The notes under the pieces were generated by a model, which saw only the letters and a list, made by a program, of their open reading frames with translations, was not told the DNA's origin and did no database searches. A stretch of 64,000 nt of DNA from the IMG/VR virus record IMGVR_UViG_3300047666_001143, positions 12,219 to 76,218 of that record; one strand, given 5' to 3'. The stretch comes from a virus. Of this stretch, positions 17,806 through 27,283 are shown piece after piece (within the stretch, counting starts at the first letter, position 1; the number at the start of each line of letters is the position of its first letter). Position numbers and translations under genes: made by a program.

Positions 17806-18255
17806 ATGAGATATATTAAAAACAATTTACAAGAGCAAGACCCCAATTTAACTATAGGTGAGTATCTTGTTATACAAGAGAAAGAAAAAGCTATTAAAGA
17901 TGCTGAAACAGAGAAACGTAGAAATTGCTTTATTAATTATTTAAAAGGAGAATATATTAAAGTTGTGGATAGTTGTCCTATTGAAGGAGATAAAATGGCT
18001 CTTTTTATCAAAGTTGAAGATGTTATTTTTGAATCTCTTACTACTGAACGGGAAGAATTATTTAAAGTTAAAGGAAGTATTTTTAGTTTTTCTGAGGATT
18101 TTATTAGTAATTATAGGAAAGAATGGTCTACTACTTTAGATATAAATAATTTTGAGTTTATACTAGAAGATACTTTTAAAGAAGCCTCGGATAAATATGA
18201 AGAAATACAAGATATTATTAAAAACTTAATAAATTATGAAAAAATTACAAATTAA
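17806..18255 (+). CDS. hypothetical protein
   Basis: ORF. Confidence 0.65.
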   Translation: MRYIKNNLQEQDPNLTIGEYLVIQEKEKAIKDAETEKRRNCFINYLKGEYIKVVDSCPIEGDKMALFIKVEDVIFESLTTEREELFKVKGSIFSFSEDFISNYRKEWSTTLDINNFEFILEDTFKEASDKYEEIQDIIKNLINYEKITN

Positions 18256-18409
18256 ATTAAATGATGAAGAAGGCAATTCATTTTACTTAGAAAAATCAGA
18301 CAAAGGTGCTGTTCATTTACTTGATTACGAGGCTGAAACTATACTTGTTTTTACAAAAGACTCAGAAGTAGACTTACTTTCAGATACTATTAAATACTTA
18401 TTAAAATAA
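18236..18409 (+). CDS. small hypothetical protein (57 aa), not in ORF track
   Basis: MKKLQIKLNDEEG...YLLK*. Confidence 0.6.
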   Translation: MKKLQIKLNDEEGNSFYLEKSDKGAVHLLDYEAETILVFTKDSEVDLLSDTIKYLLK

Positions 18410-18412
18410 ATT

Positions 18413-18697
18413 ATGGAAATTAAAGAAAAATTAAAAAAGGCAGTAGAATTAAAAGAACTAATTGAGACAACAGAGTTGGCTATAAAAAACCTTAGTGAAG
18501 CAAATACTGAAACAAGCAAGGATAATGTGGTCTATAAAGAGGGACCTTACAATTTAAATATATCAGAATATGGGGATGGATCTGGTTGGAATCTTGATTT
18601 ATCTAGATATTACGGTAATGGTAAAATTATCCAAGTTATTAAAAAAGAGTTAGACGATCAGTTAGATTTTCTATTAAAAACCGCAGAAAAATTATGA
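18413..18697 (+). CDS. hypothetical protein
   Basis: ORF. Confidence 0.65.
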   Translation: MEIKEKLKKAVELKELIETTELAIKNLSEANTETSKDNVVYKEGPYNLNISEYGDGSGWNLDLSRYYGNGKIIQVIKKELDDQLDFLLKTAEKL

Positions 18698-18858
18698 ATA
18701 AAAGTGATATTATAAGAACAATTGGTGGTTTATTAATAGTACTGTTATTTCCTATACTTATAGGAGTAATTGTATCTTGGTTCTCTGAATTATCTTTGAA
18801 ATTTTTGGGAGTTGATATTATATTAATAGGCTTGATAAAAACACTAGATAGAGATTAA
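18694..18858 (+). CDS. small membrane protein (54 aa), not in ORF track
   Basis: Two hydrophobic segments; ATGA overlap with the upstream gene. Confidence 0.6.
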   Translation: MNKSDIIRTIGGLLIVLLFPILIGVIVSWFSELSLKFLGVDIILIGLIKTLDRD

Positions 18859-18860
18859 TT

Positions 18861-19166
18861 ATGAGTGGGGTTAAATTAATGATAAATTGCAAAAATAAAG
18901 ATATAATAAAACCTGAATTTGAATTAATTCAGTTACATTTACTGTTACATAAATACCTTTATTACGAAAAATATAAACCCATGTTGGACGACTGTGGTTT
19001 TGATATGGTAGAGCAATATTCTATTACACTAGCTAAAAATTTAGGGTTTAGAGCAGATAAATATTTAGGTCCAGAAGAAAATGAGAAACATCACGTACAT
19101 TGGATGATTGGGTTTAATTGTAAAAGTATATATTGGGAAGAGACTAAAATTAAATATAAATTATGA
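18861..19166 (+). CDS. protein resembling NAD-dependent DNA ligase domain Ia
   Basis: HKYLYYEKYKPMLDDCGFD versus LigA HxxxYYxxDxPxISDxEYD. Confidence 0.45.
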   Translation: MSGVKLMINCKNKDIIKPEFELIQLHLLLHKYLYYEKYKPMLDDCGFDMVEQYSITLAKNLGFRADKYLGPEENEKHHVHWMIGFNCKSIYWEETKIKYKL

Positions 19167-19390
19167 ACGATATTTTAAGATTTAAATACGAAAAAGGAGT
19201 AAAGCAAGTGTTTCCTGCCAACGAACTAGTTAAAAACTGGTTGTTTAAAGAAGGTGAAGAAGATGAAGCTATATTAGCTAATTCTTTGGCAAAAGTTGCC
19301 GAGAAAAATAGCTTAAGTGCAAATGATTTACATCACTTGTTTCCTTATGTATTGCGCATGTTGAAAAGTGAAATAAATTGGTCAAAATGA
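19163..19390 (+). CDS. hypothetical protein
   Basis: ORF. Confidence 0.6.
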   Translation: MNDILRFKYEKGVKQVFPANELVKNWLFKEGEEDEAILANSLAKVAEKNSLSANDLHHLFPYVLRMLKSEINWSK

Positions 19391-19767
19391 ATAAAGTAGG
19401 AATTTACCATTTATTTGGAGAGAATAAAGAAGCCAAAAAAGAATTTTACAATTGGTGTAAGATTAATGATGAGTTTTGCGATTATGATTTGGAACATTTG
19501 GAGACAGAATTATTTATGCCAGTTATAGATAACACAGAAAAATATATACATTTTCACAAGGGAAATATTTTAGATTGGCTGGAGTCTTTGGGTTATTATA
19601 TTGGTTTACCTTTAAGAGGAGAATTCAAATTCGTAACTGTTTTGCATTTCAACTTCAAAGGAAATGTTAGTCAAAAACCTTTATATAGTAATAGTGGAGT
19701 AAAGTCTCGGACAAGAGCAGCAGAATTAGGAATAATTAAAGCAATAGAGCATTACGAAAATAAATGA
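19387..19767 (+). CDS. hypothetical protein
   Basis: ORF. Confidence 0.6.
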   Translation: MNKVGIYHLFGENKEAKKEFYNWCKINDEFCDYDLEHLETELFMPVIDNTEKYIHFHKGNILDWLESLGYYIGLPLRGEFKFVTVLHFNFKGNVSQKPLYSNSGVKSRTRAAELGIIKAIEHYENK

Positions 19768-20024
19768 TTATGGAATTTCAAATAGAACAAAATTACGGTG
19801 ATGGTTGCAAAGGATATGTGTACTTTAATGTTGAAGATGAAAATACAAAGCAAGAGATTTTAGAGGAGTTGGCAATAAAAGCAATGAGAGAAGATTGGAG
19901 TGAAGTAAATCCTTCTTTGTATTTTGCTGCACCAAAACCTGCGAGACCCACAGTAAAAGTTGCTGAACATAAGGATGGAAATAAAGTTAAAAATGGAATT
20001 AGGTTTAAATGTAAATGGAGATAA
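19764..20024 (+). CDS. hypothetical protein
   Basis: ORF. Confidence 0.6.
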   Translation: MIMEFQIEQNYGDGCKGYVYFNVEDENTKQEILEELAIKAMREDWSEVNPSLYFAAPKPARPTVKVAEHKDGNKVKNGIRFKCKWR

Positions 20025-20027
20025 ATT

Positions 20028-20231
20028 ATGAAATTAGAATGGGAACAAGTAGAACATAATCACGGAAATGCTATACATAGAGCCAAGGTTTTTGGTGGTT
20101 GGTTAATAATGTCCACAGATGACGTGCAAACACAGGTATATGGAGGTTATGACATACCTTGTAATGAGCAAGGATATGAATGGAGGACAAGTATAACATT
20201 TATGTCTGATGCAAATCATCAGTGGGTATAA
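20028..20231 (+). CDS. small hypothetical protein
   Basis: ORF with RAKVFGGWL...F..D.NHQW. Confidence 0.65.
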   Translation: MKLEWEQVEHNHGNAIHRAKVFGGWLIMSTDDVQTQVYGGYDIPCNEQGYEWRTSITFMSDANHQWV

Positions 20232-20644
20232 TGGATTGGTATAAAGATATTGATTGCAATAATACTTTTCTTTGTCATCGTTATTTTGGAAAGTACAAAT
20301 ATCTTGTTGAAATTTGGGTGGAAGAAACTACCAACTCACTTCGTTTTTGGGCTGCGGTTTCGTCTGGGAAAAAGAGAAAAGAGCTGATGGTGTTTGAAGA
20401 TAAAAGTACTAAAAGTTTAGGTGGTATTAAAGCTTTACTTTGGGTTAAGAATGCAATTTTAAATTTTCCTGAATATTACGATGAAAATTACTATTGTGAA
20501 GGATTTAAAGTGTATATTTGCATTCGGTGGTCTGATAATAAAAGAAGAGATATTTACAGCAGACTGGAAAAAGAAGGTTTTTATTTTATGCCGATTGACA
20601 ATAACAAAACATTAATTAAAGAAGTGAACTATGAAAATAAGTAA
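20231..20644 (+). CDS. hypothetical protein
   Basis: ORF; ATG 20231 overlaps the upstream stop. Confidence 0.65.
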   Translation: MDWYKDIDCNNTFLCHRYFGKYKYLVEIWVEETTNSLRFWAAVSSGKKRKELMVFEDKSTKSLGGIKALLWVKNAILNFPEYYDENYYCEGFKVYICIRWSDNKRRDIYSRLEKEGFYFMPIDNNKTLIKEVNYENK

Positions 20645-20831
20645 AATAACATGGAATTGGCAAGCAGGTTTTGAGGATTACTCTGATACTTGTGAAGAAG
20701 CTGAGGTTGGGATCAATGGTGTGAGAAGCATAGAGAAATCTCTTGGTGGTACGTTATCTTCTTGGAGTATAAATTATGACAGTAAAATTGTACAAGTTTT
20801 CAATCCCAATGTAATAACAAAAATTAAATAG
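20631..20831 (+). CDS. hypothetical protein
   Basis: ORF. Confidence 0.6.
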   Translation: MKISKITWNWQAGFEDYSDTCEEAEVGINGVRSIEKSLGGTLSSWSINYDSKIVQVFNPNVITKIK

Positions 20832-20833
20832 TC

Positions 20834-21622
20834 ATGACAAAACAAGAAAAAATAGAAAAATACCTAGCAGAACCTCTTAAAAAAGGAGACAAGGTATATG
20901 TTCAAGGTTTGGGAAGTCAAAATAAGAAAAGTTGGACTGGAGTAGCAGAGGTTTCATCTATTAAAGATGGTATACCTTATATTAAAGAACATAATAGGGA
21001 AAGAGAAATTACAGAAGAATGGAGAAAAGCTACTTACAATATAGGTGCAGACCCTTTTCCAAAGAGAAGAGATATGGTAAAAAGTATTAATTATGCATTA
21101 GAGAGTATTCTATTTTCACTTTTTAAAGAAGATAAGTATGATATAAATGATACTGAAATAAAAACGCATAACTTCAATCCTTTTGTTATTATCAATGGTA
21201 AAAAGAATTATTATCAAAGACCTTTAGTTTGGAAGTTGGAAGATAAGCAACTTTTAATTGAATCTATTTATAATAGTGTGGATTGTGGTAAAATATTGAT
21301 TAGATTAAGAGGTTGGGATGAACTTAGAGAGCTTGAAAAAGGCGGTCACGAATTATCTTGGAGAGATGTTGTTGATGGAAAACAAAGATTAAATGCTCTA
21401 AAAGAGTTTTTAGACGGAAAATTCACAGATAAATTAGGAAATTACTTTGAAGATTTAAGTTCTAATGCACAAAATAGTGTCACTAACCATCAGCTTTTTA
21501 GTTATTCAGAGCTTCCTGAAGATACTTCTGATGAAGAAGTTTTAAAGCAGTTTTTAAGATTAAATTTTGCAGGTGTTCCTCAATCAAAGGAGCACATAAA
21601 TTTTGTAAAAAGTTTACTATAA
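20834..21622 (+). CDS. DUF262 (ParB/Srx-like, GmrS-type) domain protein
   Basis: YQRPLVW, LIESI, VVDGKQRL, F.RLN.AG. Confidence 0.8.
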   Translation: MTKQEKIEKYLAEPLKKGDKVYVQGLGSQNKKSWTGVAEVSSIKDGIPYIKEHNREREITEEWRKATYNIGADPFPKRRDMVKSINYALESILFSLFKEDKYDINDTEIKTHNFNPFVIINGKKNYYQRPLVWKLEDKQLLIESIYNSVDCGKILIRLRGWDELRELEKGGHELSWRDVVDGKQRLNALKEFLDGKFTDKLGNYFEDLSSNAQNSVTNHQLFSYSELPEDTSDEEVLKQFLRLNFAGVPQSKEHINFVKSLL

Positions 21623-21828
21623 TGAAATATACAATAATACATACTTTTGATCCTGTAGGTTTTGTGGGAAATGAATTACAAGAAAAATCAAGCAAACTGG
21701 TACTGAGAGATTGGTTAAAGTATCCAAACAACAGTATAGAACATCGGAGAGTTTATAATTTACTACTGGATAAAATAGACTTGGTGCCAATTAAAGAGTT
21801 AGAAGAATTTTTAAATAAATATAATTAA
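21622..21828 (+). CDS. hypothetical protein
   Basis: ORF. Confidence 0.6.
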   Translation: MKYTIIHTFDPVGFVGNELQEKSSKLVLRDWLKYPNNSIEHRRVYNLLLDKIDLVPIKELEEFLNKYN

Positions 21829-22149
21829 ATGAAAACAGATAAATTCAAAGAGATATTTGAACATTGTCAACAACAATTTGGCGGTCAAAACGACAGGGTA
21901 GTTATAGTTACGGATAATCCTTCGGTAGGTGGTAGATACAGAATACCTGTAAATTGTGTGTCTTCTGGTTTTGATTGGGAGCAAGGGGATATTATAATAG
22001 AAGTAGATGAAAAAATATTTTCTCAAAAAATGTGTGGGTTGTCCAACCTATCTAAATTTATATACAGTATAAATACAGACACTTGGGATAAGATAAGAAA
22101 AAGTGAGTCAGATGCTGAGTGCAGAAGACTATTAAAAGAAAAAATATAA
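21829..22149 (+). CDS. hypothetical protein
   Basis: ORF. Confidence 0.6.
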   Translation: MKTDKFKEIFEHCQQQFGGQNDRVVIVTDNPSVGGRYRIPVNCVSSGFDWEQGDIIIEVDEKIFSQKMCGLSNLSKFIYSINTDTWDKIRKSESDAECRRLLKEKI

Positions 22150-22160
22150 ATTTAAATATT

Positions 22161-22820
22161 ATGCCAAAAATTGAGTTAGTAACAAAATCAGTAGGTACTG
22201 GAAGGTACGAAGGGATGTCAGCAGGACAAATTATAGAAGCTGTAGCAAGACATGGGAGTATTAAAGAATATGGTAAACTTATTAAGTTTTTAACAAAGCA
22301 TAAACATTACTCCCCTATGGAGCATATGCATTATACTTTCAGAATAGAGACTTCCAGAGCTATATCTGCACAATTATTCAGACATAAAAGTCTACATTTT
22401 CAAGAGCTATCTCAAAGATACGATGCAATACAAGAAGTAGAAGATATTGATATTAGACAACAAGCTGTTAAGAATAGACAATCTAGTATTGATTCATTTG
22501 ACCCTTTAATAGGATTTTCTGAAAATAAAGCCTCCTTTATGATTGAAGAACATTTAAAAAACACTCAAAAATTGTATCAAGATTTATTAAATGCCGACGT
22601 AGCTAAAGAGTGTGCTAGAATGATTTTACCTATGGGAAGCAAGACTGTAATTCATATTACAGGTAATGTACGTGATTTATTAGCTTTTTTAAATGTTCGC
22701 TGCGATTCTCATGCTCAAAAAGAAGCACAAGATATAGCTACAGCTATGGGAGAGTATTTAGAATTGGAGATGCCAGAAGTTATGAAAAGTTTGAATTGGA
22801 GAGAAGGTATGTTTATGTAA
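22161..22820 (+). CDS. thyX: flavin-dependent thymidylate synthase
   Basis: HYSPMEH, SRAISAQLFRHKSLHFQELSQRY, ECARMILP, HAQKE; ATG 22161 preferred. Confidence 0.9.
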   Translation: MPKIELVTKSVGTGRYEGMSAGQIIEAVARHGSIKEYGKLIKFLTKHKHYSPMEHMHYTFRIETSRAISAQLFRHKSLHFQELSQRYDAIQEVEDIDIRQQAVKNRQSSIDSFDPLIGFSENKASFMIEEHLKNTQKLYQDLLNADVAKECARMILPMGSKTVIHITGNVRDLLAFLNVRCDSHAQKEAQDIATAMGEYLELEMPEVMKSLNWREGMFM

Positions 22821-22878
22821 AACATAAGAATTAAAGGTTTTTATTGGACATACGAAAAACTAAATAAAATAAAATAAA

Positions 22879-23400
22879 ATGAGTAAAAAAAGAATTATAT
22901 TATCGTCAAAAGCTGCTGGAGGAAAAGACTACTTTAGAGACTATCTAAATCAGCATGAGCCCTTAGATATAAGTTATACTACAAGGCCCAAAAGAATAGG
23001 AGAAAAAGAAGGATACACTTATAATTATATATCCCAAGAAAAATTTTTAAACATGCACGAAAATAACTACTTTTTAGAGGCAGTTAATTTTAACAATTGG
23101 TGGTATGGTACATCTATGGATAATTGGATGACAAAGAATATATTTATAATGACTCCATCTGGTGTAAAATGTATTCCCGAGGAAGATAGAAAAGATTGTA
23201 TAATTGTATATTTTGATATCCCCGTGGAAATAAGAAAAGAGAGGTTATCTGAGAGGTCAGATGCTGATTCTGTTGACAGAAGAATTCTTGCAGATGAAAA
23301 GGATTTTGAAGGTTTTTCGAATTTTGATATTAGAGTCACTAATCCTACTTACAATGCTTCTGCTTTGTACTACTTAATACTTCGTTATGGAGAGATTTAA
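22879..23400 (+). CDS. guanylate kinase-like nucleoside monophosphate kinase
   Basis: KAAGGKD P-loop, SYTTRPKRIGEKEGYTY, WYGT. Confidence 0.85.
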   Translation: MSKKRIILSSKAAGGKDYFRDYLNQHEPLDISYTTRPKRIGEKEGYTYNYISQEKFLNMHENNYFLEAVNFNNWWYGTSMDNWMTKNIFIMTPSGVKCIPEEDRKDCIIVYFDIPVEIRKERLSERSDADSVDRRILADEKDFEGFSNFDIRVTNPTYNASALYYLILRYGEI

Positions 23401-23902
23401 AATAGCCTTAGACGTAGACGACACTATCGCAGGATTTTATCCTCACATGTGCAAGCACTTTAAGCGTCCTGAATTGAGAGTTGATATTTGGGATGGTAAA
23501 GGAGATTGCAAGTGGGTGGCCGATGAATTTCCAGACTTATTTTCAAACTTGGAATTTTGGAAAACGCAGCCTGTATTGTCCAGTCCCGAAAGTATAACAT
23601 TTGATTTTGATTATTATTTAACTGCTTTCCCACAAGAGTTATCTTGTCTCAGGAGAGAATGGTTAATTAGAAATGGATATCCAGATAAACCTGTAATATG
23701 TAGCGAAGATAAAATTAAAGTTATGTTGGATTTACAAATTGATGTACTGATTGATGATAAACCTTCGACGATAAAAAAAGTCAGAGAAGCAGGATTAATT
23801 GGAATACAATTCGTACCTTCGTATATGAATAATTACGATAAAAATGATCCTTTTACAATTTCACATTTATCTCAGGTTCCTGGGGTATTAAATATAAAAT
23901 AA
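23387..23902 (+). CDS. HAD-family 5'(3')-deoxyribonucleotidase-like protein
   Basis: IALDVDDT, YLTA, K, LIDDKP. Confidence 0.8.
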   Translation: MERFKIALDVDDTIAGFYPHMCKHFKRPELRVDIWDGKGDCKWVADEFPDLFSNLEFWKTQPVLSSPESITFDFDYYLTAFPQELSCLRREWLIRNGYPDKPVICSEDKIKVMLDLQIDVLIDDKPSTIKKVREAGLIGIQFVPSYMNNYDKNDPFTISHLSQVPGVLNIK

Positions 23903-23906
23903 ATTT

Positions 23907-24893
23907 ATGCCAGATTTTAGAGTACTTGCCAAACAGTATATAAGTAATGGACTTTGGGTTATTCCTGTCAGTTCTCAAAAACAACCTGCAATTTCAAATT
24001 GGAGAGAGTTACAAACCAGACCTATGACAGAACAGGAAGTTGAAAAAAGTTTCGAGAATTGTTACGGTATTGCTTTGCTCATGGGAGGTAGCCCTAATTT
24101 ATTTGCGGCTGATTTTGACTTAAAATACTCCTTGAATCCCAATCTATATGATGAGATAAAAGAAAAAATTCCTAAGAGTATTCTTAAAAAAACTTACGTG
24201 CAAAAAACAATGAACAATGGTTTTCATTGGATATATAAAATACCTAAAACACGTATGTATGGTAATGAGAAATTTGCCAACAGATACACTACTGCATTTG
24301 AAAAGCACAAAATATATCTAGAGTACTATAGTGATCCTAAAACCAGAGATTCAGCTATTAAAACTGCTGCTAATCATAAATCTTTAGTTTTATTAGAATC
24401 AAGGTCGGGCTCCCCAGAAAGATGTGGTGGGTATGTATTAATGGCTCCAACTCAAGGTTATGCTCATGTATATGGAAAAATAAATGAATTAACTGAAGAT
24501 GAGTATGATATTTTAATTGAAGTTTTAAGAAGTTTCAATGAAGTAAAGGAACTGGGTAAAAGTATTAAAAAATATGATAATTTTGAGTGGAAATTATCTC
24601 CTTGGGAGGATTATAATGACAGAGGTGATATTGTGGAGTTATTGGGTGGAAGTGGATGGACTGTCATGGATGAAAATGTTAAAAATATAAGATTCAAACG
24701 TCCAGGAGCAACTAGTGGTTCCAGTGCGTTATTCGATAAAGACAGTGGTATTTTTTCGTGTTTTAGTACTTCAACTTCATTGTCAGTGGATAAAAGTTAC
24801 AATCTATCTGGTTTATATATAGAACTTGAATGTGATGGAGACACTAAACTAGCTTACCAAAATCTAGTAGGTATGGATTTTGGTATTAAATAA
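23907..24893 (+). CDS. bifunctional primase-polymerase (Prim-Pol) domain protein
   Basis: VIPV...KQP, ADFD, TMNNGFH, GGYVLMAP, C-terminal FKRPG. Confidence 0.8.
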   Translation: MPDFRVLAKQYISNGLWVIPVSSQKQPAISNWRELQTRPMTEQEVEKSFENCYGIALLMGGSPNLFAADFDLKYSLNPNLYDEIKEKIPKSILKKTYVQKTMNNGFHWIYKIPKTRMYGNEKFANRYTTAFEKHKIYLEYYSDPKTRDSAIKTAANHKSLVLLESRSGSPERCGGYVLMAPTQGYAHVYGKINELTEDEYDILIEVLRSFNEVKELGKSIKKYDNFEWKLSPWEDYNDRGDIVELLGGSGWTVMDENVKNIRFKRPGATSGSSALFDKDSGIFSCFSTSTSLSVDKSYNLSGLYIELECDGDTKLAYQNLVGMDFGIK

Positions 24894-24931
24894 AAAATGA
24901 CTATATTTGACACAATTATAAAAAATAACAT

Positions 24932-25165
24932 ATGGCGAAAATAATAAGACAAAGTGACAATTTAACAAAAGAAGGATTAATAGAGTATATTAAGTTTAGC
25001 AAAGAAAATGTGGGTAAAAATGTATATATGAAACCTGAAGTTGGGTATTATTGTATACTTGGTAGGAATATACTTAATTTAAATTGGATGACTTCCGAAA
25101 TAATAGAAGTCATATCTGACACTGAATTTAAAACTGTAAATAGTCATTATAAAATAGAAAATTAA
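24932..25165 (+). CDS. hypothetical protein
   Basis: ORF. Confidence 0.6.
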   Translation: MAKIIRQSDNLTKEGLIEYIKFSKENVGKNVYMKPEVGYYCILGRNILNLNWMTSEIIEVISDTEFKTVNSHYKIEN

Positions 25166-25168
25166 TAT

Positions 25169-26764
25169 ATGAAATTTAAAGATCTTACAGATGTAGATAT
25201 TGAATATCTTGAACATATTTATTATGAAAATATGAAACATGTCCAGAAAATGGAAATACTTTCTAAAAAATTCAAGGTTACAAAAAGAACTATTAGGCGT
25301 TGGTGGAAAGAGGAGTTAAAGCTAACAGAAAGACTTTCAACTTTACCTAAACAACTTCAAGATGCACAAAAGAGAGAAATTAAAAAAGGAACTAATATAA
25401 TTTTATATACTTCTGCTCAAAATAAAACTGGTATAAACTCCAGATTTTTAGAGAATTTAGTAGCTTTTAAAATATTTTTAATTGATTTAGGTTATAAAGT
25501 AGAAATAATCATATCACCACAAAGGTATCGAAACCCTACAAGCCCTTCGGAATCTGATAGGAAAAAAGCACAATTATGGTGGGTAGATGAAGTTGTACCT
25601 TATTTGTTTTACGGGAAGTATCAATTTGGAGATACTTTAATATCAACAGATAGTAGAATTCGCCCTACAGCAAAAGACCCTTTAATTGGGTATGAAGTTC
25701 TGGCCAAGGATAATAATTTGGTATTACCTCACTCTAAAATACATTTTAAAACGTTACCTAGATTTAAAGGGCATCCTCTTAGAACAATGTCTACAACAGG
25801 TTATATCACAAATAAAAACTATAGTGATAGTAAAGCAGGAGAGACTGCTTGGGAACACCATTCTTACGGTTTTGTTATTATAGAAAAAAAGAAAGATGGT
25901 ACTTGTCATATCCCTAGAAATGTCAAAGTTAAAAGTGACGGCTCTTTTATTGATATTAATAAAGAAGTTAAAAATGGTGAAGTAAGTATTATAGATAAAT
26001 GTGATGCAGTTGTTATGGGAGATATACATGCTTCTGAAGTTAACGATGCTGTATTGGATAAATCTTTTGAATTATTTTCTCTTATTAAGCCTGATAAAAT
26101 TGTTTTACACGACGTATTTGATGGTTCGACTGTAAATCCTCATGAAGTTAAGGATATGTATATCCAAAGACAAAAAATAAAACAAAATAAATACCTTGTG
26201 GAGGATGAAATTAAACATTCTTTTGATGTGGTTGATCTAATTAGTAAATATACTAACGAGGTTCACATTTCTATTTCAAATCACGATGTTTTTTTAGATC
26301 GTCATATTAATGATGGAAATTGGAAAAGAGACTTACATAACAGTCCTACATATTTGAAGTATGCTTACATTCAACAGACAGAGGATTTATCAGATTGCGG
26401 TAATATTTATGGTTACTTATTAAATGAAAGATTTAAAAATAGGCCTGTTTTTTATATGTCTTATGGTGATAGTTTAAAGATCCAAGGTTATGAATGTGCT
26501 TTACATGGAGAGCATGGGACAAATGGTTCTAGAGGAAGTTATAAACAATTCTCCAGATTAAATACTAAAATGATACATGCACATACTCATTCACCGATAC
26601 TTTTTAATTCTGTAACTGTTGTTGGAGTGTCTTGTAATATAGATCAATATTACACCCGTAGAGGCCTCTCTTCTTGGGCTTATGCACACAGTATAGTTCA
26701 TCCAAATGGTAAAAATCAACTTTTAGTTCTAGGAGATGATTTGAAAATAAGTGGACTTATATAA
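25169..26764 (+). CDS. T5 A1-like protein: N-terminal HTH plus metallophosphoesterase/nuclease
   Basis: HTH-like VTKRTIRRW; TSAQN, PTA.DPL.G, TTG...NY...KAG...HH; GDIH, HDVFD, SNHD, HGE.G.NGSRG, AHTHSP. Confidence 0.7.
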   Translation: MKFKDLTDVDIEYLEHIYYENMKHVQKMEILSKKFKVTKRTIRRWWKEELKLTERLSTLPKQLQDAQKREIKKGTNIILYTSAQNKTGINSRFLENLVAFKIFLIDLGYKVEIIISPQRYRNPTSPSESDRKKAQLWWVDEVVPYLFYGKYQFGDTLISTDSRIRPTAKDPLIGYEVLAKDNNLVLPHSKIHFKTLPRFKGHPLRTMSTTGYITNKNYSDSKAGETAWEHHSYGFVIIEKKKDGTCHIPRNVKVKSDGSFIDINKEVKNGEVSIIDKCDAVVMGDIHASEVNDAVLDKSFELFSLIKPDKIVLHDVFDGSTVNPHEVKDMYIQRQKIKQNKYLVEDEIKHSFDVVDLISKYTNEVHISISNHDVFLDRHINDGNWKRDLHNSPTYLKYAYIQQTEDLSDCGNIYGYLLNERFKNRPVFYMSYGDSLKIQGYECALHGEHGTNGSRGSYKQFSRLNTKMIHAHTHSPILFNSVTVVGVSCNIDQYYTRRGLSSWAYAHSIVHPNGKNQLLVLGDDLKISGLI

Positions 26765-26768
26765 ATCT

Positions 26769-26810
26769 GTTAAAATTCAGTTAAACCCTACAATTAATTT
26801 TGTGGGGTTT
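26769..26810 (+). repeat. 42-bp repeat, copy 2 (operator plus terminator)
   Basis: Identical to 446-487. Confidence 0.95.
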
Positions 26811-26829
26811 TTCTTTTACCATATCTTTG
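26770..26829 (+). promoter_or_regulatory. promoter with TTAA-N7-TTAA, leaderless start
   Basis: Motif 26770-26784; TATCTTTG 26822-26829; ATG 26834. Confidence 0.8.
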
Positions 26830-26833
26830 GTAT

Positions 26834-27283
26834 ATGGAAAAAAAAGAACTTATTGGTCGGTTTATGGGATATAAACTTGAAGAAAAAGATTATCAATACA
26901 AAAATTTTCATTCCTCAAATGAATCAAGCTGGGAGTGGGATAAAGGTATTATAATTACTTTAGATGGACATGAGGTATCTGATTCTGATAATGAAGCTAT
27001 ATTTAGCTTTGAGGATTTAGAATTTGATAGTGATTGGAACTTGTTAATGTCTGTAGTTGAGAAGATTGAAAGCATTAAAGATAATCATCATGGTTATTTT
27101 GGAGTTTATATAAACAGTAACTCTTGTACAATACAAGGTACTGATTTAAGAACAGATGTAAAACAAGAACCACCTATATATTATAGTAATTTTGTTTTAA
27201 GTGATAAAATGCAGTCTACTTATCAAGCAGTAGTGGAATTTATTAAATGGTTAAATAAACAAAGTATACAATGGGAAAATTAA
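26834..27283 (+). CDS. hypothetical protein
   Basis: ORF with F.SDWN.LM.VVEKIE...YQAVVEFIKW. Confidence 0.7.
   Translation: MEKKELIGRFMGYKLEEKDYQYKNFHSSNESSWEWDKGIIITLDGHEVSDSDNEAIFSFEDLEFDSDWNLLMSVVEKIESIKDNHHGYFGVYINSNSCTIQGTDLRTDVKQEPPIYYSNFVLSDKMQSTYQAVVEFIKWLNKQSIQWEN

Noticed and set aside
24897-24944. TATATTTG at 24902 as a promoter, or a 15-codon ORF from 24897
   Set aside because: No -33 box, operator or other support; cannot be told from chance in AT-rich DNA.
15071-26764. Introns or inteins in polymerase, ThyX or primase genes
   Set aside because: ORFs are continuous and of normal size, with no intein terminal motifs or homing endonuclease genes seen.
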